Part shown: positions 38,461 to 50,727 of the stretch, piece after piece
Layout: each line of letters starts with the position of its first letter
Numbering within the stretch: position 1 is the first letter of the stretch
DNA from: Epiperipatus broadwayi
Taxonomy: Eukaryota; Animalia; Onychophora
Assembly: GCA_028023455.1 (NCBI GenBank)
Contig: JAQFVV010000005.1
Span: 14,198,001-14,262,000 of the forward strand
Reading direction: 5' to 3'
Length of the DNA: 64,000 nt
Made by a program: the position numbers and the translations under genes
Notes under the pieces: generated by a model
Seen by the model: the letters and a program-made list of their open reading frames with translations, nothing else
Told to the model about the DNA's origin: nothing
Database searches by the model: none

Positions 38461-39322
38461 CTCATTTGTATCATTATAATTATTTTTTAATTGTTCACTA
38501 ATTCTAGCATTAAAGTGTATGATAATTTTAAAATGTTATTTGGTCTGATCAAAAAACTTTTACATCCATACAAAAATTCTCTACTTCAACACAATGAAAA
38601 CTTGTTAGAGCATAAATCAGAATTATTTGCATTTGATATCCTTCCATTAAGTTGCATATACATGTGAACATATAAAAAATAAGCAGTCCTCAACATCGCT
38701 GGTTTTTGTGTGTTCAGTTCTCGTAATGGAATATTTCTTCTGGTTGATTTACTCAATCTACTAAAACATTTTAATTTGAGATATGTAACTAGCCCATGAA
38801 TAATTATTTGAGCAGTTTGAAGCTCTGCATATTTTCTGGACTGTATTCTATTCATAATTAGTATTGAAATCTGATGGTTTGAGTATTCTAAATGCTGCTG
38901 CTGCTTATGTTCATTTATTATTTCCCTGGTGGGTTCTGAAAATGACTTTGGTATCAGGCTGTAATGGTTGAATTTATTTTCTTTTATCATTGCTTTATGT
39001 ATTCAGGTCTGATGACTCCATTGTAACAATTTATTAGTTCTATTGTTAATTTACAATGGATACATTGTAATGTCGTATGATGTATTATTGGTATTCTAAT
39101 TAGGCATGAGTTTCCATTTTGGCTTCATCTGCATTTCTTGACTTATTGTCAGAGTCTAATAGTGGCAAAAGCAGTTTCTGTATGCCATTCTTCGTATTAG
39201 CTGGATGTGATGGTCTTACAATTCTCAGAAACATTAAGTTTAAGAATGTGATGGTCTTACCATTCTCAGAAACAGGAAGTTTAAGAATACCATGGGTAAA
39301 TATAGTTTCTACCATATGTTAA

Positions 39323-39766
39323 CAAATACCACAGGGGGACTATACAAAGAGGTTATTGGATCTTTGGTGGTATAAAAGAGTATCAAGAAAGTGCTTATTG
39401 ACAGAAGCTCCAGACAGGATGGCTGATACACTGGAAGTTCTGATACAGCAGTACATTTTACCACATGCACACATTATTTCAGATGGCTGGGCTGCGTACA
39501 ATAACATCAGCAGTCTCAACAATGATGTGTATATGCATTCGGTTGTCATCCATCAGGACAACTTCGTGCATCTCGAAGACCAAGGAATACACACCCAGAA
39601 TATTGAAAATATGTGGATGAGAGCAAAGAGTAAGCTGAAATTCCAATCTGATACCAGCAGAGCTTTGTTTTAATTGTACCTACATGAATTTGCCTTCTGG
39701 AGTAGACACAGCAATACCGCTTTTTTCTCCAACTTTCTAATATGCATAGAACACAATTATGCTTAA
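39323..39766 (+). pseudogene. Merlin (IS1595/ISXO2-like DDE) transposase C-terminal fragment
   Basis: KYHRG..GYWIFGG.. (frameshift) ..YILPHAHIISDGWAAY..HSVVIHQDNFV..HTQNIENMWMRAK..*LYLHEFAF. Confidence 0.8.
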
Positions 39767-40459
39767 AAAGGTAATTTTTATTTATTTATTATCTTTTACA
39801 TTTGAATAAATTTTCATGTAATTGTAATATAGTAGTATATACCTGATTTACATAGATTAAATTTTAATGTAATTGTAATATAATAGCATATACGTAAGAT
39901 TTTCAAACAATTTAGTTATTTTAAACAATAGAGAGCCAACATATTGGGGCCACTATAGTAAACCTTTACCAAAAATTGATTTCAAAAATAAAAGTTAAAG
40001 CCAAAAAAAAATCGCCGTATAGCCACCCCCCCCCCCACTAAAAATGAAATATTAAAAGAGGGAGTAGAAAAAATTTAAGAGATTAAAAAATGTCATGTTA
40101 CATTTTATGGGATGTGATGATGTACTGTAGCTTCTCCTTAAACGAAGTCAAGAATCTCTCAGAAATTATGCCGTGATTGGCTATCAAAAGACAACCGGAG
40201 TTTGTATAATAAAAAACTTTTTTTTTTTAATTTTGAATTTTTTTAGAAAAATAATAAAATTTAATTCGACCCCCCCCCCCGATAAACATTGTGATAAATA
40301 GAAAAACAAATTAATTTATGTATGATTGATTAGATTTTGTTTTTGTTCTGTTTCTTTTTTTTTAATCAGGTAAAAATGAGATGAAAAAATAAATAAAAAT
40401 TGTTTATATTAATTAAAGGTTTAAAATCTTATTATTTTATTGTTATAAACTTTCTTGCC

Positions 40460-40513
40460 AGTCTAGTGCGGACCGGCAGAAAACTTCTGCGGATCGATGG
40501 TTGAAGACCACTG
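40460..40513. mobile_element. Probable terminal fragment of a hAT (Charlie-like) DNA transposon
   Basis: ggttgaagaccactg (40499-40513) is the reverse complement of a CAGTGGTCTTCAACC-type TIR. No partner TIR was found. Confidence 0.4.
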
Positions 40514-41238
40514 GTGTAGAGCACAAAGGTGCTTCATCAATGGAGTTGTGAAATTGTCACAATAATTAATAAAATTTATAGTAAATGAAAAGGATTAGAT
40601 TTCCAAATCATTTCATTGTTAATTTTTTTAATTTAAATATAATAGGATTACTTTTTTTTATTTAGTCTTGTGACAACTGTTCAATATATAATAAATATTA
40701 TACACTACCATTACACTAAACTGAACAGATGGGTATCATTTCGTTATAATAATTAATAAGATGTTTAGATTTTCAAATCACTTTTATTTAAATATTCTAA
40801 TTTACATAAAAAATAAACATCACTATTAATATTTTATTTAAAAATATTGTCTCATTATAATTACTGTAATTCTGTAGTAGTTATATAATGGATCATTATT
40901 TTTATCAGCTACATTTCAGAAGAAACATGGTAGATTATTTGGTATAGCATAGTAGTAAAAGTTGCTGCCACTGGAATATAGGGAACTGGAATCGGTTTTT
41001 TAATACTTGATATTATCTTTTTTTCTTCATTTTAATAGCAATATTATTTTTTTTATATGTTTTATTAGTGTGCTTTTCTTGAATTTGTGAAGTTTGTTAT
41101 CTATTTAAAAATTTGTAAAAATTATTTTTTGATTGCAGGCATGCCATCTGTTTAATTACACAGCAGCTCAAACTCAAGGAAGATAGGATTAGTAAAAAAA
41201 AACACAATTTTTAAAATATGTAATTCTTAACAAATTTG

Positions 41239-42522
41239 GATAAAAATGCAGTTTCCAGGTCACAATAAAATTCGAATTTTGTTTCAAATTTTTCTCACCA
41301 GAGTGTTTCTTGTCGAATATTTAAATAAGAAAATAATTAAAAAAAATAATTAAAATAATAATATATCCTATCAACATTCGTAATTACTGTCCATTGTAGT
41401 TTTCACTTACAATAGCAATAAAATTAGCAAAGACTGTGTTATTCCTGAAAGCAAATTCCTGCAGATATGTTTCGAATAAAGTACTGTTGGTCTCGCACTG
41501 ATGTTTCAGCTTGCGTTTAGCTCTCATCCACATATTTTCCACATTTTGTGCGTGGATATCAGAGTCGTGAGGATCTACAAAGTTCTCCTGGTGTATGACG
41601 ACAGAGTGCATATATATACCATTACAGATTGTGCTTAAGTTGTTGTATGCACCCCATCTGTCCGTAATGATGTGGGTCCCTGGTAAAATATATTCTTGTA
41701 TCTTTGCTTCTTCGAGTTGCAGCTGATCGGTTAAGGACCTCTACAAAGAAATACTTTCCTGAATTTCTCTCTATTCCACCAAAGACCCAATGACCTTTTC
41801 GAATTGCTCCTCTGTGATATTTTTGATGAAAATATTTCGTTTCATCAACTTCTACAATTTTAGGCGCTCCATTATCATCAAACCCACCGACCTGCGTTGG
41901 ATGTCTGTGAAAATATGTTGCGCACTCTTCGTGGCAAAAATTTGCCCAGTCTACTATAGTGTGCCAACTTACACTTAGCTCATGAACAAGAAAACACTGT
42001 GGCAAATTATGTGCCCAATAATATACTATAAGCATAATTGTCTTGAAGGATAAATGGCTTCTAAAAAAAAAGAACCCTTTCTGATAGATACACGATGGTG
42101 ACATAATCTGCATTGCCATCTGTGACCATCTCCACATTCTTGCTGTTTGATGAGAGAACACTGCACGCCACAATGCTGGCATAGAGTATTATTTTTAAGC
42201 AGGCACCTCCTTGCTAACCACTTCATTGCTAACTCCGGAGTTCGAAGTTCATTCATCAACAGAAACGAACTTGTAAAATGTGTGCCAAGACAATGTAACA
42301 ATTCCACACTAATTCGACAAGAAACACTGGTGAGAAAAATTTGGACAGTAATTACGAATGTTGGTAGGATATATTGTTATTATTTTAATTACTTTTTTAA
42401 TTATTATTTCAAATATTTTTAATTATTTTCTTATTTAAATATTCAACAAGAAAAACACTCTGGTGAGAAAAATTTGAAACAAAATTCGAATTTTATTGTG
42501 ACCTGGAAACTGCAGTTTTACC
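41239..42522 (-). mobile_element. Complete Merlin DNA transposon (1284 bp) with long TIRs and an 8-bp TSD
   Basis: TSD CAAATTTG at 41231-41238 and 42523-42530. TIRs ~41239-41393 and ~42342-42522 begin G(G/A)TAAAA(C/A)TGCAG. A transposase pseudogene lies inside. Confidence 0.9.
41384..42307 (-). pseudogene. Merlin/ISXO2-like transposase with N-terminal Zn-ribbon, broken by two frameshifts
   Basis: CQHC..WQCRLC..SIRKGSFF, then VEVDETKY..KYHRG..GHWVFGGIER, then ..HIITD.W.AY..HSVVIHQENFVD..HAQNVENMW..YLQEFAFR, in three successive frames. Shifts lie at the A-run near 42065 and near 41710. Confidence 0.85.
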
Positions 42523-42523
42523 C

Positions 42524-42710
42524 AAATTTGATTATTAAAACAAGAAAAACTCTCCATACAGTAGTGCCAACCAGAGTAATCAATAGATGCCAGAAGGCTT
42601 GTGCACTGAGTGGCACTACTGTATGAAGAGTTTTACCTGTTTTAATAACAATAATGTGCTAGCATAAGAAATAGTGATCATGTGATATTTAGTGGCTTAA
42701 ATTTGATTAT
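42524..42710. mobile_element. Short hairpin insertion, family 1, abutting the Merlin right end
   Basis: Arms 42532-~42568 and ~42611-42648. Tail ends tgatcatgtgat..ggcttaa. 12-bp direct repeat AAATTTGATTAT at 42524-42535 and 42699-42710. Confidence 0.75.
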
Positions 42711-44230
42711 GTTGCTATTTTATTGCCACTGTTGAATGTAACAACCATATAACATCATTTGAAAGTTCTTCTAAATGTTGCTCTATTAGGAAAATGTGAA
42801 GACATTTGTCATCTAGGTGAACAAAATTAAGTATCTGATTTCTTTTTTTAGTTACCCAACATATTCTGACATTAAAATATAGTGTAAATGTATGTTAATA
42901 GCTTTTAAAAATTTATCAAGTAAATAATTTAAGCACGGAATTTTAAAATATTGACCTGTAAATAATCATATAATAATACACATAAAATATTAGATAATAG
43001 TGTAAATATTTTATTTTTGAAGAAATATAACTTTATTAATAGAAAACATCAATAAATTTATGCACAAAAGATTTTGAATAAGTTTTCAAACAAACAAGAA
43101 CTATTTTTACTGAATTAATTGACATTCTGGTTAAATGTTGACCTAAATATTGGTAAAGAAGTCTAAAAGTTACATTAGCCTTGTTATAACTATTGTACTT
43201 CAGAAAAAATAATGGAGACAAACAATTATGTAAAGAATAAAGAAAAGGACTTTTTTTCTCTCTCCTCACAATGGAGGATGAAGCTGTGAGATTGTCCAGA
43301 CTTTAAAGTTGAAGGAAAAACAGATGCCATTGGACATCATATCCCAGAGAATTGTACACTGACTGTGGATATTTTTAGTAAGCAGGTAAATTAAGTGGGG
43401 GAGGGGTGTAATGTTTTTACATGTATATGTGGAAATGGGGTTGTTTTTTACATATGATAAAAATACTTAGATATTTAAAAAATATATCTTATTTGCAGAT
43501 ATTTTTCTTATCTCTATTAGCAATTTTGCAGTATTGTTCAAACAATAACATAAAACTTTTGAAAAAAAATAAATTAAAAATTTCATATTCCATAAATTTG
43601 TACTTATTTTACTAAATAAATATTTTTGTTTTAAGATATTTAATTGTTTAAAAAAAACTTTAAACATTGATTTACTTTATTTTAGTATGTGTATTTTAAT
43701 CTCCAGGTTTACTTTATAGAAATAATTGAATAAAAGATCTGAGGTATTTACCAAACACGTTAAATAATTAAAAACGCTGGGAAAAAAAATCTTTTAATGA
43801 GAAAACTTATAAAATTAAATAGAAGTTATATTTCTAATATTGATCACTTTAAATAATTTCTTTTTTCTTTTTAATTTTAAGATTAACAATCCAGGTACTT
43901 AGTCAAAAATTGTGAACATAAAATTAGTTGAAAATTCTACTATTCAATGAACTGTCTGTTTACATATATATTTGCAACTTTTCTGTTTTTACCAGTGCAT
44001 CTTTCACTTTTTATCTCAATCCTATCACAGCCATCCATTAGTCCAAAAGTCATACCAACATCTCACACTATAGATACATTTGAAACATACACTTTTTCAA
44101 GTAAGCCATATATATATATAGCATATATTACATTTTAACTTCATATACACATTATCTTTTTAGAGATAAGCATTGTAAAAGTAATAAGAAAGATGGATTT
44201 CATACATTTTCTAAACTTAACTTAATATAC

Positions 44231-44467
44231 CATCATCAAACATTATCAATCCACTGCAGAATGAAGTTCTCTCCAAGTTCAATCCATTTTATTTGATCTT
44301 TAGATTCTCTTTTCCACATCACCCCTGCACACTTTCGTATTTCATCCATCCATCTCACATGATCTCTTTCTGGTTCTTTTACAATCTCTTGGAATCCAGT
44401 TTAAGATTTCAATTGTCCATCTATTATCATCTCTTCTAGCAATATGTCCAGCCCAACTCCACTTCAG
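44231..44467 (-). mobile_element. RTE LINE 3'-end fragment
   Basis: Matches 56605-56840; encodes KWSWAGHIARRDDNRWT on the minus strand and ends in a (GAT)n-like tail. Confidence 0.8.
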
Positions 44468-44835
44468 TATTTTAATTTAAGTATATTTTTATTCTACCAC
44501 ACACTGAAATATATGATGAAAGACGTGATATATAGAGTGTCTATATTTCCATTGAGCCTAATATGAATACACGATTCAAAAGAAAACTTTATTGGAGATT
44601 ATTGTATATTGCAATGAAATAAAAAAAATCACAAAATATAAAATAACATTTAGATTACTAACAAAAGCAAAAGATAATTGTTTGTAAACATTTATTACCT
44701 ACCAAAATAAAATCATTACGAGAATAAAGAGCTTCCATTTTGAGAAAATTATTGATTAACCAAAAAATTAATTATAAAATATTAAGTGAATAAATATTAA
44801 GTTAAAATCAAATAATAAAAATGAGTGGTTAACAA

Positions 44836-44922
44836 AAACCAGGACAATTAATTGTCCCGAAATTGTCAGAATCCCGGGATAAGACAGATAAAACCAGGAC
44901 AAATCCGGGTCATATGGACTCT
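44836..44922. mobile_element. Possible decayed hAT (Tip100-like) terminus
   Basis: Repeated aaaaccaggacaa and a terminal ccgggtcatatggactctta resemble the ...ccgggacatatggtcacccta end type. No partner end. Confidence 0.3.
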
Positions 44923-45994
44923 TACACGGATATAATTTATTGAAAATTTGTAATTGCGTGCAGACAGTTCATTGTTACTATTATCTCGTTTAAAATGAGC
45001 GCTCTAGAAAATTAGCATACAATATAATAACAAATAAAGTTAAGATATACTTATCTATGGAAATAAACTGATAACAGTTGATAGACTGCAAGTTGAATGA
45101 TAATGAAATCTCTTGAAAGGAGAAAAAAAAAGCATGGGCTAAGTCAGGGCAACGTGCATAGATTCAAAATGTGCTACTAAGTGAAATTAGTCAGCCTAAG
45201 TAAAAGGCTAATATAAATTAATGTCAAGACGTCATCTTCTAAGTTATTATATTAAGTGTGTAAAATACGAGTAAATGGAAATTCCAGTTAAACGAACTGT
45301 ATTTATATATTGACAGTGTGCGAGAATAAGTTATCCCCACACTTTAAATTGTTAAATAATTTAATATATCAAGCACAGAGTTCTTCTTTTCAAAATAGTT
45401 CATAAATATCCAAAATAGAAATAAAACAAACTAATTCCTTTTTAAAACTTGTTTTTTATATGACTATTACATGGAAAAAAATAAAAATCCAACGTTTCAA
45501 CTATTTTATATAGTCTTTTTCAAGGCACACTAAAATAAAATAATATATATATGTAACAAATAACACATATTCCATAAAAATAAATAAACAAAAAATTACA
45601 AAATATATACATAACCAAAAATATACCTTATCTCTCTCCCCTTTCCTATTACCAACAAACACAACTCAAGGAGAAACAATTTCCTTTTATTAAAAAAAAA
45701 TAATTATATATATCCTTTAAAACATTTAATTAAAAACCTATTATATATAGATTTTTTTTTTTAATAAAAGGAAATTGTTTCTCTTTGAGTTGTGTTTGTT
45801 GGTAATAGGAAAGGGGAGTGAGGTAAGGTATATTTTTGGTTATGAATATATTTTGTAATTTTTTGTTTATTTATTTATTTTTATGGAATATGTATTATTT
45901 GTTATATATATATTTTATTTTATTTTAGTGTGCCTTGAAAAAGTCTATATAAAATAGTCAAAACGTTGGATTTTTTTTTCCATATAATAGTCAT

Positions 45995-48860
45995 GAATCA
46001 TAAAACTTGAAGTCAGGAAAAAATAAATATGGGCAGTACTTTCAAAATAATGGCATGGAATGCAAATGGACTGCTTAAACATCAACAAGAATTGCAAGCA
46101 ATCTTAGATATAAATAAAATCGATATATGTCTAATATCAGAAACACACTTCACCAAGCAGTCATTCATTAAATTTAGAGGATACAAAATCTACAACTTCA
46201 CCCATCCAAAAAATTTGTCCAAAGGAGGAAGTGCAATAATAGTGAAAGATAGTATATATAATGAAGAAATGAAATTTGAATTTAATGACATCCAAGCAGT
46301 GGCAGTCAATATTAAAACTAAAAATTATGCTGTCACAGTGGCTAGCATATACAGCCCCCCAAAACATGCAATCAAAAAAAAAAGATATATTGAATTCTTC
46401 AAAAATATTGGAGATCAATTCATCGTCGGGGGTGACTTCAACACAAAACATATACACTGGGGTTCAAGACTTATAACAACAAAGGGGAAAGAATTGCTAG
46501 GGGACAATAAATGAATATAAATGTGAAACATATTCAGCAGGAAAAACAACTTATTGGCCTGCTGATCCAGACAAAATTTCAGATCTGATTGATTTCTTTG
46601 TGACTAGGAAGATCTGTAAATTATCTGAAGTTAGAAGACAGTGTAGAATTCAGTTCGGACCATACTCCAATCATAATGACACTGAGTGAAACCTCATTAA
46701 GGAAGGCAATTAACCCAACTCTGATTAATAAAAGAACAAACTGGGAGAACTTCAAACTAATACTTGAAAGCAGAATAAACCTGAAAATTCCCCTAAAAAC
46801 AGAGGAACAATTGGACGCAGAAATCGAAAAATTTGTGGATGATATCCAACAGGCAGCATGGCAAAGCACACCTGAAATTAAACAAAGGGTAAACGGCAAC
46901 AGTTATCCAATTGAGATATTAGAGCTAATTGCAAAAAAAAGAAGAGCAAGAAAGAAGTGGCAACAGACTAGGGCACCACAAGACAAAACTACATTTAATA
47001 GTCTTACTGCCCAACTGAAAGAAGAAATAAAGCAAACCAAAAATGATTCTATCAATGAATTTCTGAAAGGACTCGCTAATGATGCTAGCCCAGAATACTC
47101 ATTATGGAGAGCCACTAAGAATCTCAAAAAACCAATCGGGCAGATACCACCCATTAAAGGATCATATGGAACTTGGGCAAGGAGTAATGAGCAAAAGGCT
47201 ATGACCTTTGCAGACTATTTGGAAGGTGAATTTCAGCCAAATAATGGGCAGGACGAGGAAAACTTGGATAGGATTGTACAGGTAGAAGGTGAAGAAATAC
47301 CCCTAACATCACCAGAAGAGGTCAGAGGAGAAATTAATTCTAGTATCAATATGAAAAAAGCACCTGGTTTCGATCTCATTACAGGAGAAATTTTAAAACA
47401 ATTACCAAAGAAAGCTATTATGAAACTGACCAATTTGATCAATGCAACGTTTCGCTTGAAATATGTCCCACAATTTTGGAAAGTGGCTGAGGTTATTATG
47501 ATATTAAAGCCCGGAAAACCACCTCATGAAACAACATCATATCAGCCGATATCACTACTACCAATTTTACCTAAGCTGTTTGAAAAAATCCTATTAAAGA
47601 GAGTGAAACTCATAATCAAAAATAAAAAACTTATCCCAAATCATCAATTTGGCTTTCGAAATAAACACTCCACAATTGATCAAGTGCACAGAATTACAAA
47701 CATAATTGAGCAGGCGCTAGAGGAAAAGAAGAGAATCTGCTCTGCCGTGTTCTTGGATGTGGCAAAGGCATTTGACAAAGTATGGCATAAAGGCCTAATA
47801 TATAAACTTGAGAAGCTTCTCCCTGCACAGTATCCAGAAATACTACAATCCTATATACTAGGGAGATATTTCAGGATCAAACAGGAAGATGCCTATTCCA
47901 ACCTAAGAAAAATCCAGGCCGGTGTACCACAAGGAAGTGTATTGGGACCGGTGCTATATCTATTGTACACTAGTGATATACCCACATTTAGAGATAGTAC
48001 TGTTGCTACATTCACAGATGATTCTGTGATCCTGGCGGTTGCGGGCAACTGTGTGAATCAACAAAAAAAACTACAAATTGCTACTACCGAGGTACATCAC
48101 TGGACCAAGAAATGGCGAATAAAACTTAATGAAAATAAATCTAGGCATGTAGATTTCACCAACAAGAAGGATGAACACAGTTCTGTATACATAGGTCAAC
48201 AAGTTATTCCTCATGGGAATACCGCCAAATATCTGGGCATGACACTAGAGCCTAAACTCCAGTGGAAACAACATGTCAAAAATAAACAAGTAGAGCTAAA
48301 TATAAAGTATAGGAAGATGTACTGGCTAATGAATCAACATTCAGTGTTGTCAATACACAATAAAATATTGCTCTACAAACAAGTCCTCAAACCAGTATGG
48401 ACTTATGGTATAAGGGCTGTACCTGCCAAAGCAACAAAAACATCATACAGAGATTTCAAAATAAAGTACTATGTGGCATCGTTGATGCCCCTGGTACATA
48501 CAAAATGACAATTTACACAAGGAGATTGGGATAGAAACAGTAAATCAAGTAATCGAAAAAATAGCTCAAAAACATGAAAACAGACTTCACAAGCACGTTA
48601 ATGCCGAGGCTCATAAACTTCTAAACAAAGAAGGCATGCTTAGAAGACTGAAAAGAGTCAAGCCTCTTGATCTTGTGAAATCTAGCTATACATAATAATG
48701 CTTAAGTACACAATAATAAAGTGTACTAGTTGACAAGTAAAACTAGTTAATTGTCACTGGATAATTACTAGCATTTAGAACTCTGATCTTACAGTTAAAG
48801 ATAAATTGCTAATTGGTTATGACCAGATCGCAATAGCCTTTAATAAATAAATAAAAAAAA
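45995..48860 (+). mobile_element. 5'-truncated Jockey-clade LINE (ORF2 only) with A-rich tail and ~12-bp TSD
   Basis: TSD t(a/g)taatagtcat at 45983-45994 and 48861-48872. Tail aataaataaataaaaaaaa. APE-RT ORF2. Confidence 0.85.
46029..48690 (+). pseudogene. LINE ORF2 (APE endonuclease + reverse transcriptase), frameshifted
   Basis: APE motifs AWNANGL, LISETH, GGDFN, SSDH. RT motifs KAPGFD, LDVAKAFDKVWH, GVPQGSVLGP, FTDD. Frame breaks near 46500, 46615 and 48415. Confidence 0.88.
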
Positions 48861-49714
48861 TGTAATAGTCATATAAAAAAACAAGTTTTAAAAAGGAGTT
48901 AGTTTGTTTTATTTCTATTTTGTTAAATTGTTACTTGATCACTTTCCAAAAATAAAGTGAATTCCATTATAGTTTTCATTTATTATTATTTCATTACAAG
49001 TGACTCAACGTGTTGACTTTTAAAGTTTGTCTGTTGTTATTTTTTGTAAAACAGATACGTATTTGCTCAACTGGTATTACTAAAAATACCTCTAGTCGTA
49101 AGTTTTCGTAGTTATTTTGGCTTTATTTATCACATAATAAAAAAAAATTATAATCAGGTGAATTAATATGTAAATAAAAAAAAAGTGTGAATAATGTAAA
49201 TAATTATACATTTTTAATGGTCTACTGTTTTTAAGTCATTTATTAAATAAAATTTTTATAGGTTTCGTTTTATTTTAATTTGCATATTTTTATTTTATGG
49301 GATGGGAGAGTGGATGCTAAAATTTACTTTGCACAAAGGCATCTTTTACCAAGTGATCAGATAAGCAAACAAAAAATTTTCTTTTAATTTGTTTAGTCTG
49401 AGAGCATTAATATTTATTATTGTGTGTGAAAGTATAATTAGTGGTTAAGAGTATTTGAAAGATTGAAAATTGTGTTTTTTATTTGTTTTAAAGTTTTTTC
49501 AGTTTGTTATTTATATATATAGAAATTTTTTTAAAAAGTTATTATTTATTTTTTGTTTTGTTTTATTATTTATATATTGTTATTTTATATATAGAATTAT
49601 TATTATTTTTTTATTTTTAAAAAGTTATTTTGTTGATTAGTTTTTTGTAAATTTGTTATTAAAAGATTTACTTTTAAGAAAAATATAACGTTCGAAAAAC
49701 GTAAAATAAAAAAA

Positions 49715-50632
49715 ATGGATTATATTTGTATTTCAAAATGTTTATATAATCGGGAAAAGGAAATTAAGCGTGCTGTTGTAGAATGTACTATATGTGATGG
49801 GGTATATCACTTGAAATGTTTAAATAAGACTAGGAAGGATGTAAAAGGTTTATGGTTATGCAGTCAGTGTATTAATATGATAAAAGAGGTGAGAAAGTGT
49901 TTTCAAAGTGTAGATAGTCGAAGAATAGTGGGTGGAGAAAGTAATAGTGTAATGGAGATGATTAGTCAAAGAATAAATAAGATAGAGGAAGAACTGAAGG
50001 ATGTAGAAGTAAAATTAAAATCATTAGAGATAAAATGTGAGGAGATAAAGGAATTATTGAGTAGGAATGATAAGGAAGAAATAGATAAGGAGGACCAGAA
50101 GGTATTAGAAAATGTTATGGATGGAGCAGAAAAAGTAGATTATGAAACAGTATTGATAGGAGATTCACTAATTAGAGAATGTGGGGATATAATTGCAAGG
50201 GAAAATAGAAGTAGGTATGTAAGAGTATGTTTGCCTGGAGCTAGAATTAGGGATGTAGCAGATAAAGTTAAAAAACAAGGTAGTAGAGATGTATATGTTA
50301 TGGTGGGGACTAATAATTTATTAGAATCATCAGAGAGAATAATGGATGAGTATGTAGATTTGATTAGGAATTTGATTATGATTAAAGGAAGAGTAGGAAT
50401 AGTTGGATTATTACCAAGGTTTGACAAGAGTTATTTGTTAGATAGGGCATGTTCTATAAATGAGAGATTGAAAAAATTGTGTGAGAGAAATAATGTTATG
50501 TTTGTGGATGTGTGGGATTGTTTTATTGGAAAGAGAGAGTTATATAGTAAAGATGGGTTGCATTTAGGAAAACAAGGAAGTGAAGTTTTAGGGAGTTTGA
50601 TTTATAAAGAATTTTTTTCGGGAAACTTATAA
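49715..50632 (+). CDS. LINE ORF1p: PHD finger + coiled coil + SGNH/GDSL esterase
   Basis: PHD: C-x3-C...CTIC...HLKC...CSQC. Heptad region RINKIEEELKDVEVKLKSL. SGNH blocks LIGDS, PGA, VGTNN, DGLH. Confidence 0.88.
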   Translation: MDYICISKCLYNREKEIKRAVVECTICDGVYHLKCLNKTRKDVKGLWLCSQCINMIKEVRKCFQSVDSRRIVGGESNSVMEMISQRINKIEEELKDVEVKLKSLEIKCEEIKELLSRNDKEEIDKEDQKVLENVMDGAEKVDYETVLIGDSLIRECGDIIARENRSRYVRVCLPGARIRDVADKVKKQGSRDVYVMVGTNNLLESSERIMDEYVDLIRNLIMIKGRVGIVGLLPRFDKSYLLDRACSINERLKKLCERNNVMFVDVWDCFIGKRELYSKDGLHLGKQGSEVLGSLIYKEFFSGNL

Positions 50633-50727
50633 AGGGGGGTGGGTTTTTAAATTGTAATATTATTAAAAAGAATGGATGGAATATAAGAAGTAAGCAAAAG
50701 GAATTTGATTTTGATATAAATATAGAT

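Larger units (their letters stand above)
45411..48922. repeat. ~290-bp-arm foldback palindrome whose right arm is split by the Jockey insertion
   Basis: Left arm 45411-~45701; right arm ~45751-45994, continuing at 48873-48922; loop ~49 nt. Confidence 0.85.

Noticed and set aside
38586-38990. 134-aa minus-strand ORF as a host gene
   Set aside because: Low-complexity AT-rich composition, no recognisable motif, and adjacent to the decayed RTE 5' region.
41384-42307. Bacterial IS1595 insertion, contamination or recent horizontal transfer
   Set aside because: Long TIRs, an 8-bp TSD, AT-rich eukaryotic flanks and a second diverged copy fit the eukaryotic Merlin superfamily.
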